DNA of 64,000 bases from Hormiphora californensis (taxonomy: Eukaryota; Animalia; Ctenophora): positions 1,302,001 to 1,366,000 of the forward strand of contig CM035360.1 in the NCBI GenBank assembly GCA_020137815.1, written 5' to 3'. This document shows, in pieces, positions 51,701 to 58,583 of this stretch. The position numbers and the translations under genes were made by a program. The stretch's first letter is position 1. Every line of letters begins with the position of its first letter. The notes under the pieces are model-generated. The model was not told the DNA's origin and ran no database searches. It worked only from the letters and a program-made list of their open reading frames with translations.

Positions 51701-51876
51701 GGATTGTCGAGAAGGGTACTCACACCCGGAGGGGTCTCTCGAGGAGGGAGGTATCGAGGAGGGTTGTCGAGGAACACCATCATGAACTTAGAGGGACGGA
51801 GGGGATACAGAGGACCGGGGCACGGGTTACAGGCAGGAATATGATGCACATCCGACACCGAAAACTCGAATCATAA
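3370..51876 (+). CDS. Giant secreted repetitive protein (~16,000 aa) of unknown family. Exons 3370-3380, 3563-3636 and 3866-51876, the last broken by single-base insertions.
   Basis: ATGTTCGCCAG|GTAATA (phase 2) joins an acceptor at 3562 preceded by TACTAAC and a pyrimidine tract. Exon 2 ends CATG|GTAAGA (phase 1) and joins TTCAG|GT at 3865/3866, in frame with ORF 3979-9915. Fourteen abutting or overlapping + strand ORFs share composition and repeats up to the stop at 51876. AATAAA at 52291. Confidence 0.8.
3563..3636 (+). CDS. Coding exon 2 of the giant gene, carrying the signal peptide core (SIILLVALQVLQVLNAKDTPIVFH)
   Basis: Branch point TACTAAC at 3539-3545, acceptor CAG at 3560-3562, donor GTAAGA at 3637. 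Hydrophobic h-region and L-N-A cleavage motif. Confidence 0.8.
3721..3806. repeat. (GA)n-rich microsatellite in intron 2 of the giant gene
   Basis: gagagagaga runs at 3770-3796 and flanks. Confidence 0.9.
3866..9915 (+). CDS. Giant gene segment 1: basic K/R/T/V/S-rich N-terminal region with a Tyr/Trp-rich subregion
   Basis: Frame open from 3847 to 9915 (about 2000 codons). Confidence 0.8.
9950..18049 (+). CDS. Giant gene segment 2: basic domains plus Cys-rich type A (LPxC) modules
   Basis: 2699-codon ORF, +1 frame offset from segment 1. Confidence 0.8.
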   Translation: MIARELLRGASKSEVMTSFSQGVNTADEAETETSLKAAGVKTVLPTKVVLKKLVKLELMGSSKTVSAKKIKHLLLASINYRAVDHSRLGYQIEQNTGVKVTQVTKMTLQKSAKFINFAIAGTRVSHKADRVIKYLNSVAATDELGAVYKKHPLVSGKVTQTSHTISQYKLTFQFFARTGGPVEFYHKKRVADAAISTGKSVIIGGRPQLKPSFKTHPIYIFQDFSRNAVRKVERNKFSHARLIKRTTGTGKAKKEVLVILLSFTTTVFKRTIRVWRLNHRSLFSHGRVRSRGVAQTAISQDNKVVQVVKAVLREKFDNTAHFVPGTFQVKDGYVTHKFRAFSTHDFCYTGTKSKVKKLMIAKLTGGTQHTDHTIKRAHDVKVTRFLLVDGEWHQRIEKRLRIETGKVKVVKVSIRVLFGEHSIIFRFSHDLISEKLILVNRYKSTGHRQTFNDKTALQTRKLVRKKIVKLAHKNIGGSKFKTWGRPLNLKVKKDGLSREFRMLGVVHRAGNWRIHLFSTLKHRTLEKIKFWALQGSLLSVVVDYPLTFRADHQVKKQYQLQSHKIKHGTKYTGLKTTFDVNGGSGDYKLHQFVLHTTLSIGKAYQDASSGDKEMRVGWVHLFRDPQLMTGYWRRTTTRFEVGNNLKKEPLEVWSRQRVVLISDPLSVTYTRLVIPKGRAEFVVRRSKVHGEPVRLIKQSANTVSTVSGIRAQYHQDPQIGYLTTYHPLPLLSTKSTTTHVFSMVPSETLQPRKSTGRKSSAQSLFGDYNSLTCRKYSVHLLKVHYCNAVKLCNERPDDDDTDTRGTKEESSDKQQGTSDSKKSDSRKSAGQGKQKTDTRDYDTICSWIDDFKSRYRLMNRLFEDATFIEQFNCNEVTQTVPDFQSPSTNPLPTCSKSETLKYFRGPELPKECSKVLPVCADNVAPSSVVDSHGHPLCQTKKILSKLPICSKAQLKTDRVKNSHLTCLTEEEKQELKLPTCQPNQASKNSVDGTKVCLGPDGRSPSSCLWLDHLYHAGEVHTSCGPVLPVCSSSSNTNEETIGHVDYRPPRLPSQCGGFVLPVCGENTSPSQVVDKDGRKLCQVKSALLKLPTCKSEQLRSRNKNSVLTCLTDEEKKELKLPVCNKIQSPLDKKGNAICRSYRYQEDSAGKSCLWYESLFETRLKRKTCQKKSTLLELPICGKETGASRVKNSSFTCLTADEKTQITLPNCTKDKSENDKSGKRVCRKTNDTKTCLRFEDDVDHKQPKKCRKPVKSCKEIQGEVDWWTLLLRKQNRRQNVRNDLLISVFDFVSDDEKSCLKIEQMDELLEEVEKVCTPFGPELVMYGKVKEYEATHPMSPNAVTWGYGEVSIGTRTGKFDLHSSQAVISDAKTRRSRVVKKVTQAAVRPLKGQVTGKFLVIERYFVLTKFNLKFVNRYSWELHLLRTSSKFAFPGIVTFKKLTWPSKYRHFGGVKINENVKLMRQRIRYWRADKRKTNVVKVVQAVLTGSTKNLVIYHFGDSLGNKKRVLDYWIFKVTTSEMHVIQSMGINDALWRDKITETKHKWSVGHSVKYSARRIVGKSSTGRWMGFVKFDERKMKGVLKKLSKHKAVNIKVDMEAFVVIGFQKSGSDVHTRKHAEAFQEQFVGQTSKQSYRKVVLALSHNTDEKKWNKLTVLTRRKKDFVIHLARLSDSKIDTKTTKHVHRKAHFKFIILRNIVIVQTATHKVESKYHNKHLAAVAGSTGLVDGIGRAVTITQHQLQTSSDFQIRYKVKCFCRRNSLKKAEIFKKMVLGAAVRKSYKSSGKIIRIKISTVKREQKMQLGMRSRNVYVAVKKRSNQWEVDVNFIETKMEVFKSIQLAVTQGSREEPRHRVKGLIFRAKRRKLRHGTSSSLLIGPKIRQRVLVTTKQVGVKISKSAEIDSFVVTTGAKSLSLSKKARVFILTLVITTETVFNKFEFRKVRIELKTGLAIEKGKKFLITGRARHSPLPLHGSRRVYVAKQRVSAELEEVVAGATSALTTKTINFFQIKTVHDRVVSKHLTFVTSKLFSAGDQRIRVELHKIGHKRFSDKHRVTDDKRKVIYLFDHATTKVGYHQQRGTGRSIQNRFKFVRHDILEISGAGTMIQYVLLYKGSFQKRDGGLLLFTFHSKVGYFIAKHRAIKLKLITLKLSSDAKQDNTMKLIAVNRPKALLIIQGGRRHRETKIRQHVSKKFTKVSIKVSESRDMGPFAVGSRIKDDSKKVWKLQQGKVHDAMFVGQKMKLTQPDRSVKLRHKTSKSHTIKKHLGRNVIYRMKIVHQLSRHVAKIRLRSRQVIVTMATLVPSGRFKETFSSIEALSLKTRFHLKIIRGVAVLAQSTRTDEKKVKRSKLGLKIKRLSSSKGKEHKYTQNGRTFVEKSSLLSFLSRHKSQTVPKTFRTMLIRDAFFIISHRRRSLVTFHHVHREFLVTMVTTRGYLSSRPLFFQDSAKRLSGLILTEIRGAYSSWQLTKGTGPNLPATDRSLTAAHQLKVLAVVRVVGESKMRSYDRALTTIRHYTKSLVVAKTKVKLSGSSELSTELSVTATLKDVSTRAVGKQRGRAGDVLSQITTSKTSKVPRSKIVSTRGKTKEPAGYKSLRMNLVIKVMETEMISRLIDSKPALSSSTLLVKFELVAAYKALKTSKQKSSIIKDPLKSMTVKTSLASDSHFISQPCLKFTTIVLHRDDYSPDTMLQTGTSSLQHRE
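12680..13660 (+). repeat. Cys-rich type A modules, first cluster (~100-aa unit)
   Basis: Recurrent LPVC...CQTK..L.KLP.C...Q.....KNS.LTCLT.EEK..L.LP.C......G..VC......SCLW at ~12680, ~13110 and (partial) ~13440. Confidence 0.85.
17973..20978 (+). CDS. Giant gene segment 3: acidic/GGMGGS/poly-Pro hinge, Cys-rich type A modules and basic domain
   Basis: 1001-codon ORF overlapping segment 2 in the +1 frame. Same type A modules at 18480-19100. Confidence 0.8.
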   Translation: MCFIVMTTVLIPCSKLAPPPFNTENKEFRELSERSCGRGMSLYPIVPFSDDRESEVLPPCKEPVPDDDDGEDDECEDGDDEEEKSKKAGKPPAKGGMGGSGMSGSGMGGSGMGGTVPGGMGSKSKTPPPPKKCKKRRPHSLPSPPTPPCKPKPRSLPLCLPFKTPKLPLECGRMLPVCTRTDPPNGVDENGNRVCQTKDGLLKLPMCKEHQIGLRRLKNSALACVIPEEKAQLTLPECRKDQSPRAKNGKQVCWRDNGSSKSCLRLIDMTLTEPEAPPENCGPVLPTCMEGIDPKNGMDNTGVVVCQTKSKLKKLPVCKENQKGAKRIKNGFLTCLTGPEKNQLTLPVCKKDQHPENKTGKVCRTPEDDEKSCLWHRTIFSIPECRLPDKVQKLLGPSYVPYCEAGEVPSCKIPGDHIFMGPQFSFLPDCPDRSILPPPPPPPPCRPAAAMPNAKNEKLPVCKPTCRDAAAMVTPKNKSLPVYEKKLKCRAVTEKVTDKNKEWPICAVKKVHCRPRRSYHHGYEEKQPPIQPKDTVVAKIRSCTKAEVKLIITMTKDNEEKRCQKVEYECHPKTPYKHPELFAGLEKAFHYCHRSDRSHYQGLFRRRCSRGIMVTMDTTDTHIDSLGDSVAEKKMMAHIVRIKRLYQGTGKVTVSRWISASTKMKTLQKRKPVLKLNTKYQAGFSVVEVVQLGSTKLTGIKKAVSVDFLLISSGDKVTPIVMATVSVQRDETTRGHNLKLAMTSHLRRLIRHDQMTKYLISENEFKYALSREIITLGILSDLEESFVVTTKIKHDSYQTRGVQRAISVRKIGPVTTLKVTKYREIKFATGTRRRDEVKQKSVTLLVSVSSYSLDFRGFRKFAKQDTTIKIISTDPEPKLTSEPLHPFLLDQSHGLQELGSTKQQRVTVSYHGVSTCGYILHDQADFLVVRYQFLNEPQYVVGGLGEEGLHFTTESRERRTYVTRVQNVAHLSCWNPLFVGLKAGSVAPCSYSPDDPYHPSH
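20940..26465 (+). CDS. Giant gene, heavily frameshifted first super-repeat unit (ORFs 21085, 21365, 21916, 22238, 25005)
   Basis: Fragments align piecewise with the intact units inside ORF 26451-43811 once single extra bases are removed. Confidence 0.75.
21292..38480 (+). repeat. Four ~5.3-6.0 kb coding super-repeat units, anchored by near-identical blocks starting at 21292, 26952, 32916 and 38169
   Basis: Block MxMTCDVIRPGSxTFFLIEDKKGDLIDEYRSKSEGPGPSDLYHVKQFLFLKQTRI.V.TIAPVISCQ.VFPFQKDL occurs 4 times. DFINKGL.SKTSKSHKMKHINAIVNVLFKDLHQKH occurs at ~22640, ~28305, ~34263. FEHRG.MTYNQHRIVYKLLQSK.EQDSFVVTTKIFDESSKMFGKQRGRA occurs at ~23426, ~29094, ~35052. Confidence 0.95.
26451..43811 (+). 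CDS. Giant gene, longest intact segment (5786 codons): super-repeat units with Cys-rich type B modules
   Basis: 17.4 kb without a stop codon. Internal repeats are visible in the translation. Confidence 0.9.
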   Translation: MSSLPRGFGYFYTKENVQERRLHIVRFDKIAVMSSICRRPLLRRVDWEMFESVDVTGKTHTMTYVVQHREMARTTIRFLILPARKSWTQAVVSRHRIVIDPLPRVGSKLFLPATTAALTPGPVKSYLNFASVRRGLKPLVIERRIGRGGFIVEVKENEGHKIGVFAGMKMTCDVIRPGSHTFFLIEDKKGDLIDEYRSKSEGPGPSDLYHVKQFLFLKQTRIKVHTIAPVISCQRVFPFQKDLLHSKARTSVESIVKVGRVESSKSAEIDSFVIETKIKDSSIKVKTVIGDGSWMKKYEATKGVLKEQKLQLLFLSKHFKAHKMKIFDSGLWRSDVRSVRHLKLHLKFHRLATLKQIKAQRKRITFLKTSHQGGYIVASFGEVALGYQLNGFLRGRSLKIWTIRSDETIAKNKIVVVTVTKHRFSVVHKMKQYARFYSLANKTIFRKRQVPGLADATAQGVVIARPVLKDDFRRTGIYRISSKFHHEINQIKVFISAMSSREIITLALSKMGILVRKKVEKLGSKESTSHSWKSFASIFTKSWIDTTKIRLLLEHDARTKTSKTKVDNRVKISKALEWDMFVVEGSIKDNGRDMYKLLRRIIVLDLNKREAVVKFVHVDFINKGLTSKTSKSHKMKHINAIVNVLFKDLHQKHLLAATTLLKPGILKIKPFELRTVTALYRGMFWINLSGVNSKRTHVPFTFLTAGSRGYSLTAGKVQPVVKAKVTKSFSKLEAGNQLVLTGSQMLRAQVSLEEKFLIIARDGRTISLQKYYLEYPFFVFSNRLVHFTRFVSTTKTFSVTRVSAKDWLSVHHAFFHKSTGRKTQLTMEIVLVEQWYEKIHGTYPYKLPSTDRKMSKGHGFKTFRSRLMTHSSLVDQGLIAFFEHRGEMTYNQHRIVYKLLQSKKEQDSFVVTTKIFDESSKMFGKQRGRAGWEMLGITMTTLRKIGPHKMSGFRAKTGSPPNYRRVFKHIVDVTPNIRVKRVTLVAMDTKLIVKPWSIDPIPGLGKTATVSVSNNISVQPRQVVRVKTGVDVAKDGYTGSCTKLRIIRSGSEDKPPYPIWKSTGCAKQLQLTSSSKDASPQRGTLPGTPKWTVLIPPSESCSSLDKFGGRKCRDVACERPCSDHGESCGKCKRGFCTTQGCFQMVCDETSIAKGTCDDSKCNEKLVSEGKCKKLFCSGTCVSAMCSANNNTCYKRVKCARPDSKGNCSQDKPCSTVEMADGRCHPVPCSCLNSTACKSWVAPSCEHHHSVDFCTRNGLQRSCNRGHCTNTGCYQRLCNETQIKTGNCDDQACNETFVTEGKCRKLPCSDIPVSPSCLNNRCYQRVMCGKATCDQSRTCSATEIASGRCKEIPCTKSKTPSKYGFCKGVTLARVSCEHSLLCKDYGEPKICLEGFCNESGCYRKLCTTTERNTRRCSHQECNDTLVKQGKCIRLPCSDIPVSEMCQDNSCYQRVKCSNPDKNGSCEQAKPCTKSEIKNKGCKVVDCDSISGSLSSKTKACEGVSYPKNPCSTSLDTCQEPDQYTCKLNIVILIRFLKLSKETAKIQPEKILKYTGTVTVNTSITPKGWYVSGAQGHRLGSVKPAVKIVLRGSTKQRSLMAVSQTVMFDGRGLVAVKRAVSLSKVYGTTGGQMVKLVQIPITNSGSKTRGGHSVSLQQALVIQSLFYIGNKKRLTLSKPETKVSSSIRVIRLSTKTSEKDSFVVTATAKDHTVKVYERQFLKVFTQTFQKRTTKLVKSRVIKLTTEQRVKRGPNFKQTVSLKPVQTSQLSSHNRRSNVKMDVKVAVVYHRGTVTQSTEGSDKFTLSESSELFVGKVWPATQAVGIKNFDPRTPKCAFHVTRPASKFMIMEYEFVAQPLFVIEQQEGCTRGTRGFCDRTGCYQMICEEKSAKDASCDDSKCNEKLVDEGKCKKLSCRGTCVSPMCSADNNTCYKRVKCSELQKGEICDQTKPCSATEISDGSCVLADFTSLKEICLNNVVTSCKNWAPPKTCGPDFFYTKEFVREHTVHIDRFDYFSRSAQLSSTCKRDAVTILPVHWLLQGYVEVTLQTHYLKKSVVYTTNKLIVPRPIISPNREPSHTVMVSRHRVSLTVGVKSRPVYTDPISSAVLGKGPSKVYLQAVHLLKNLNAVIKVQQITRASIMLNGIKSERHEFKAFVRMEMTCDVIRPGSQTFFLIEDKKGDLIDEYRSKSEGPGPSDLYHVKQFLFLKQTRIRVRTIAPVISCQKVFPFQKDLHQFKQQTSVKSIVKVGRVESSKSAEIDSFLVETKAKDSSIKVVTYLRDELWQQKFLLQTSKLKTEVLTLLLLTKASKSHKMNILDSGLWRNNLRFTGHLRHLRKFQRRSSSKSVMRLRSRIVITETKDRAWYTIGTTGDIATGVHHRVLSTSQGLVRGLTAEGKIQKLVTKAVTELHHGFIKVHKFQVSVSYFSKTEKLTHTRRPSIRRVDIKAVVVNSPRPELIGKFQRSDIFLTHSSMKHGLGRILVYRNGAMLLEIFTGNEGKVEKILRKNIAKGSSKETTSHSIRISARIKTESWFDHSKARYLIGGPIQASTKWIKVDIKIRKSSAAELDIFVTEGSIKDNGRDMFRLLRRNIFTTVNHKGVSKIFKVDFINKGLASKTSKSHKMKHINAIVNVLFKDLHQKHHHVTGTKRRPKVSKIIPFEITEFSPLQWGRFTVVARGQDITRHLIPITTLVAIDRGLTVSSLKMFKLKIAVITEVDRNIEDEKKVTLLGEQELLTKVMFKIQMRHTEPQSSSVALRHYYLQYAFFTFSIRNGKIELLTMTTKTFAVRRVSALEFVSLYDPLYYKTRARKTQTTLMNTLVMQWYEKKTGTYPYRLPGTHHKLQPRHTIKTSRGRLMLHSSNEDLGLVSYFEHRGEMTYNQHRIVYKLLQSKREQDSFVVTTKIFDESSKMFGKQRGRAEREILTASLVKFTKLVPYKITGHRDDMKDPPGLKYHFKHIVDVTPTYIRETWKPAPSDTKITLKEWSIDPIPGISRSENLVTRPRMAIIPKKSWPVKTVVLGGHPQSMCQALQLQTDRIPSLPWKTSRCRGEFQEITQPDGPPVLYRVCSCAREGKQGELIMIPKSDTCNMIPGVQCEPVNCDRMCLHSCMTNCSERCGGQRCGKPGLPKCSRETEQCLEQCKVRCDPNLKCQPPSRLCSQPEQKAGKCKKGDMFPCSPTEVKSGKCGKPPPSCVECFVRKCDSATAAESCKQNTRCTEDEQEDGLCKPGFCTIDRVPETCEDRCSRLKCASAKCASSKSKCLSLCRAQTGFDCRENRCVSPTRRCSNKERKSAACKGGIIDCTKREIETGTCGKLPNTCQFCKTRNCTKSEVSAGLCTTKDNKIRCTKAEIVSGKCKDTLCNVEKCTKCTKNDPNTGTCLERTPVPCEPRTPCILHREFGCLSEAHQLSCQAQVLIVVRHLHLAKLGDSVEQETSMKLLAVNSPNKLERSGGIKAILGKRSDLIGQLVQKHQVYLNGKSVKSGELFVGSSLAVQPAGLVALKKGMARLVSYSVTNSETRLMVMSYIESTADKKLDGHKINYQFLSMVSLVRGVSVVSRRIDGSSSTKHSKLRIVIKLALFTRDEGEFSLATTAKDESIKVYQRQFIVAMETMYTGTQQKLSKPRLIEFSTDGIRRDSAKMKLFGSVSSQKSSVLSHRTVHGVTPIEVKGMTLFREHRFTITTKAVSMTTPVKTGILETHVLGKTLHSHAVKLYDPQGPECQLDLHPGGTEFLVIHYKYLTQPEFTVARQHGFFYTREHYETREVHISRLDQVSQVETRCRQPVIKKVIWWLDGGIEVTAQTHKMSQLVHFTPGYVLTLRLVYGPTRKPSHSVIFSRHRIHLALSASTTASFPQPAGVVGTAEGNRKVFLRSGSIVRGPSSDARVVKLGKGRVILSSDKADGHKVNAFAQMKMTCDVIRPGSQTFFLIEDKKGDLIDEYRSKSEGPGPSDLYHVKQFLFLKQTRIKVRTIAPVISCQRVFPFQKDLLSSEKQTSVEPIIKVGRVESSKSAEIDSFVVETKIKDDSRKVLRIFALGILHGFIGGGTSTLKKQVLVLKVSASREYTHKMKRLSEGLWKSSTHALAGQTRYHGRARKSRGLVKVFVKPQVNSLKGTLVITMTTDLSLDAPSRVDRKYLTAIANHHSFEATSRKTTQLVVTVISKLNHATSGHSFKQTASFVAESEKLTVLSENEGMEMQVKALPKRVERPILNLRSQFTMLLTHWSSVGNEPAQVLRLKTSRHVSIAGGGTVRVTKSTRIKAPSGSSRELSSHTQTYSASLFSFSSHSSKSRLYAEANQRTGTSVKVVSLKIKSQSTKERDSFVVEWAIKDDSHKRYKLLVGNVLGVRHIRLTSKLLKLPFVTSKYRGKREEQHRAKYIFSANDDQYKLLGLKSHAQMTTMIGAQPIKRRPYEIREFNAVGVGMFGAHGRLHSILDIHWRVLTIALTGSGMRSSKVKERRIRRVESVVGVNHSLPVAHTIKYTWDHTLQTHSTDHWVQRRVPSGGSEMFDSREHHDLAFFVFTERKVWFTAFVDNYREIRVIRLEMKEYISRDQVEGVRLIYRLPAIRRHAEAINRDLVMSGYDKRSGVLTPLPTTQRKKSNGHSLSMRGNVVTVTHPSLRQKFRRMAEVKLDTKFSKSIIIHKLSQEIADEPMWVSVNSAKITSKRPYERQRILLLYKVNRVTNLRIIRVVRTEAEPRHKVREGPKIKLSYRYTTNFEASGVRLISRDSGRDLKSVVKAVLYAASEVEEVNLIKRLLIAKAVIGIDVTIVMRLKTSAQKTPTDIVSSSKAQKVVLKIGAFEKNIVKEHTIKFNVGTSQEHQMMITFRMSHGRDTRTNTHLDARSRVVLVGKELFTKRVVLTQSKLWKERYAGLWRFGGMTTQTTANGNEKLSKFVLWKIEITKTKRSNGHNLNLFLSLKLRKTSHHASLLRAFSTSIDTKTSAKHKEIKITSGVEHQSELSVTSSMNDVSIKMEVETKGRAVLIGIKSSVETVVKVTVATMSTRVKQSSGHVVKLVGTLSSGAATKVLGEGRWITAAGDLSAKAISHNVSIHQGILATRQLAIAQTRELHLKRVVGWKGARVQGLVDAVCFTAYHTTPRRKQMRERRRLSYLGSAFFYTTVEHQQLYNYNYHKIPLMWEKKRELAQHEYFFLVKEDKMVEYEYVLSVEHRCSGLTVSIVEVEFFVTEETATVGYHGYNMRHVVARQPGVKILKGSMVNSGLEPSKEFKAILIRKTIVPSVAMVKRLLRSQGSTQITPIQPVPIKVLVVLGNKFQRAVVKLKRHPQITFTPSTSEHNRATLILTSDLRTTEGLLGHHSNIVSRTPRRTVSTTKVDHRITALKTENVDQLSVTTTIKDSTIKVLVLVTTVLGPSDGNIGHVRLKSFDIHDFPVIGKNINGHKIVIISSGLWRSNFVSYGVTKGTVTANDSERSHIKAVTRHVIRTVITKAAQQFLALPVRTLAVVRICWVAQTTVTGNREQESSYRPRKLVEPMIRMTRDKKFGPVTMKVISEHQELVLKTGNRKITDEEEKTMVVKIVIVRHAVLKGNKGTNMSFTYRQRVSHSNRSVIRVKTSLAVVGEIVGYRLLKHSSYTWPKFGQTSKEGNIHTVSYTGSRVAFVSMATSGRLHVPLRQQATAVARKVDNRVKISNSAERDMFVVTTKMKTSTRKPFRLFDITLRGRSYLATNGKLSLWKMEIHRLADRIIIRNEAKRVIDIQTIFNAFGYTRMRYSVAKLRVKTKPLRKIRPFVESAKSLKSGSLVVLGKGIIKERGPGVTIASIWNQTNLVSYHGDI
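43741..50418 (+). CDS. Giant gene distal basic segments (ORFs 43741, 47762, 49178, 49573)
   Basis: Same composition and the recurring S/D-F/L-V/S-V-T-T-x-K-D-x-S motif (e.g. ERDSFVVRTRAKDDSYKV at ~48580). Confidence 0.75.
50250..51876 (+). CDS. Giant gene C-terminal E/K/S-rich tail with repeated ESY(T/S)L and EQY/EEY motifs
   Basis: Removing three extra bases at 50390-50465 yields SGESYTLSKGAQSAGESYSLGLGESGGKESESYTL, continuous with ORF 50461-51876. Confidence 0.8.
50611..50910 (+). repeat. 123-bp (41-aa) near-perfect coding tandem repeat, ~2.4 copies
   Basis: caaacggaaggc starts at 50611, 50734 and 50857. Confidence 0.95.
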
Positions 51877-52290
51877 ACCATGCATTTCATTGTTATGTTC
51901 TAACCCTCCTTTACGGGAAATAGGGTCGAGCAAGGCAAGTATTTCATTAAATCTGACACCAAAATATCGAACCATAAACCACACATTTCATCAAATTCAC
52001 ATATTTCACATCCTGTGTTGCAAGCCACAATATTCATGTCATGAAACCTCATTGTTCACTAGCTGTAGCTGTATTGTCAATTTGTCCGTTTGGGTTAGGA
52101 AAGTTTTATTGGGGTATGCTGTGATTATTTGTTAATGAGATCTGAGCAAGAATTAAAGGTATGCTGAGATTATTATTGATTTATGAACTGTATTATCTTT
52201 ATGAATATCGAATATTATGTAAACTTTTAATTTAGTATGTATTGTGATTCTTAAAATCGTAAATCAAAGTGTTTTCCTATCAACAGTGTA

Positions 52291-52296
52291 AATAAA
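52291..52296 (+). terminator. Candidate polyadenylation signal of the giant gene
   Basis: AATAAA ~415 nt after the stop, at the end of an AT-rich 3' region. Confidence 0.5.
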
Positions 52297-53138
52297 AACT
52301 CGGCTGGTAGATCAGCTCACTTTTGAGAATCTGGAAGGATGCGGTAAGTAAAACATTTGCTCCAAGGACCGAATGGGAAGCCCCAATTGGATCAAAAGAG
52401 CCACTTTCTTTTTTGAGAATTATATGGAACGTGGTAAGTAACACGGTACATTAAGTAACACAGTACATGATCAAATCCTCACTCCCCCTCCACCTCAGAC
52501 ATGCACGCTGCAAGGGGTCGAGGGTCTGATGGTCGAACGAGTCACTTTCAGTATAAATATATAAACGTCAAAAAATCAAATTTTGACCATTTTCCAGTCG
52601 TTTTAGAGATTTTTCTTCACCGGCAATCGATTCTACGTGCAAAAAACGGTCAGGTACAACCTTTTTTACCAGAAAAGGACTATAAATCTGCACACAGCAT
52701 GGTTTTTAAGCCGTTTTTACAGTCAAAATGACCCATTTTAAAATCCATGTAGAGAAAAAACTTTTCATAAAAGTGGGGTGTTTTTTTTCCATGGATCCAC
52801 TCCAAATACCTATCTGAAGACCTTAGTAAGGTCTGCATATGGTACATTTTTCATCCGAGGTTAAACTTTGTTCAGGCACGCCGTGTATGCTATGAAAAGG
52901 TATAATTTCGACATGTATATTGCATATATATGCATTATATATAATGTTTTGGTTGCCTGGGCCCTGGAAGGCGAGGGGTGTTACCACAAGTGTGCTGCAT
53001 GTTTCGTCATAACAGGGGGAGTCATGGGGTACAAGTGTAATATCTCACTATTCCTACACATTCCTCATAGCTTGTTGACTCATGTTTTGTATATCATCTT
53101 GCTCGGGACAGCAGCATGTTTCGGTTTTTCCAAACTAA

Positions 53139-57958
<4,820 letters not shown>

Positions 57959-58583
57959 GATTGTATGAATTGTAGTGTGAAATAATGTAAATTTAGAGTT
58001 AAAAAGCCATGAAGGTTTTTATATGACACAGTCAAAATCAATTAATCTCTTCAGCTCATATCAAACACTGTGATTGTTGTTTTCGTGATGACTCGGCCCG
58101 GGCCATACAACATTTCCGGTTTCATAGTTTGATAGCAGAATAGCCACAAGGCCCAATGCCCCAAGCACCAAAGGGCCTATGAAGAGAACCAAGAGGCTAA
58201 GAAATTGAAGTCGAAAACTCCTTTTTTTACCCATCTCAAGCTCTTAAGCCCACCCCCACTTCAACCCGTCTTAAGCCCGTCTGACTACGTTCCAAGCCTG
58301 CCTTGGATCTAGACGACGGCGGAACGACTCCCAGAGACAGGAGACAAACAATTTTAAAAAACGACGACGCGACTTCCAGATAATAACGTTTGCCGAGCAA
58401 TTTTTAAATTTTGAGTCCGCGTGGGGAGCCAAAATTAACGTAGCGCGCGGGAAAATGATGTATAAATGGCTATTTCATGAGCGCGTTGGAGTTTTTAGAA
58501 CGCGCGTCCGGGCCGGACATTTGATTTTCAGAAAAAGTTTCTCCAAAAAAAAACTCCACCTCCCATCGCAATGTGTGATTTTA

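Noticed and set aside
4987-51858. Numerous minus-strand and short alternative-frame ORFs within the giant gene
   Set aside because: Shadows of a long biased coding sequence with no independent motifs.
3979-51876. Prokaryote-style operon of 14 separate genes with GTG/TTG starts
   Set aside because: The window is eukaryotic (spliced PTEN and PTP). Repeat motifs run straight across ORF boundaries and many starts are non-ATG.
3866-51876. Endogenous viral polyprotein, giant transposon, PKS/NRPS, titin or classical mucin
   Set aside because: I found no polymerase, helicase, protease, integrase, KS/A-domain, Ig/FN3, vWD or PTS-repeat signatures. The gene has spliced signal-peptide exons.
52440-52890. 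Possible DNA transposon remnant between the giant gene and the PTP
   Set aside because: Only a very short imperfect terminal match (acacgg/ccgtgt) and no transposase.
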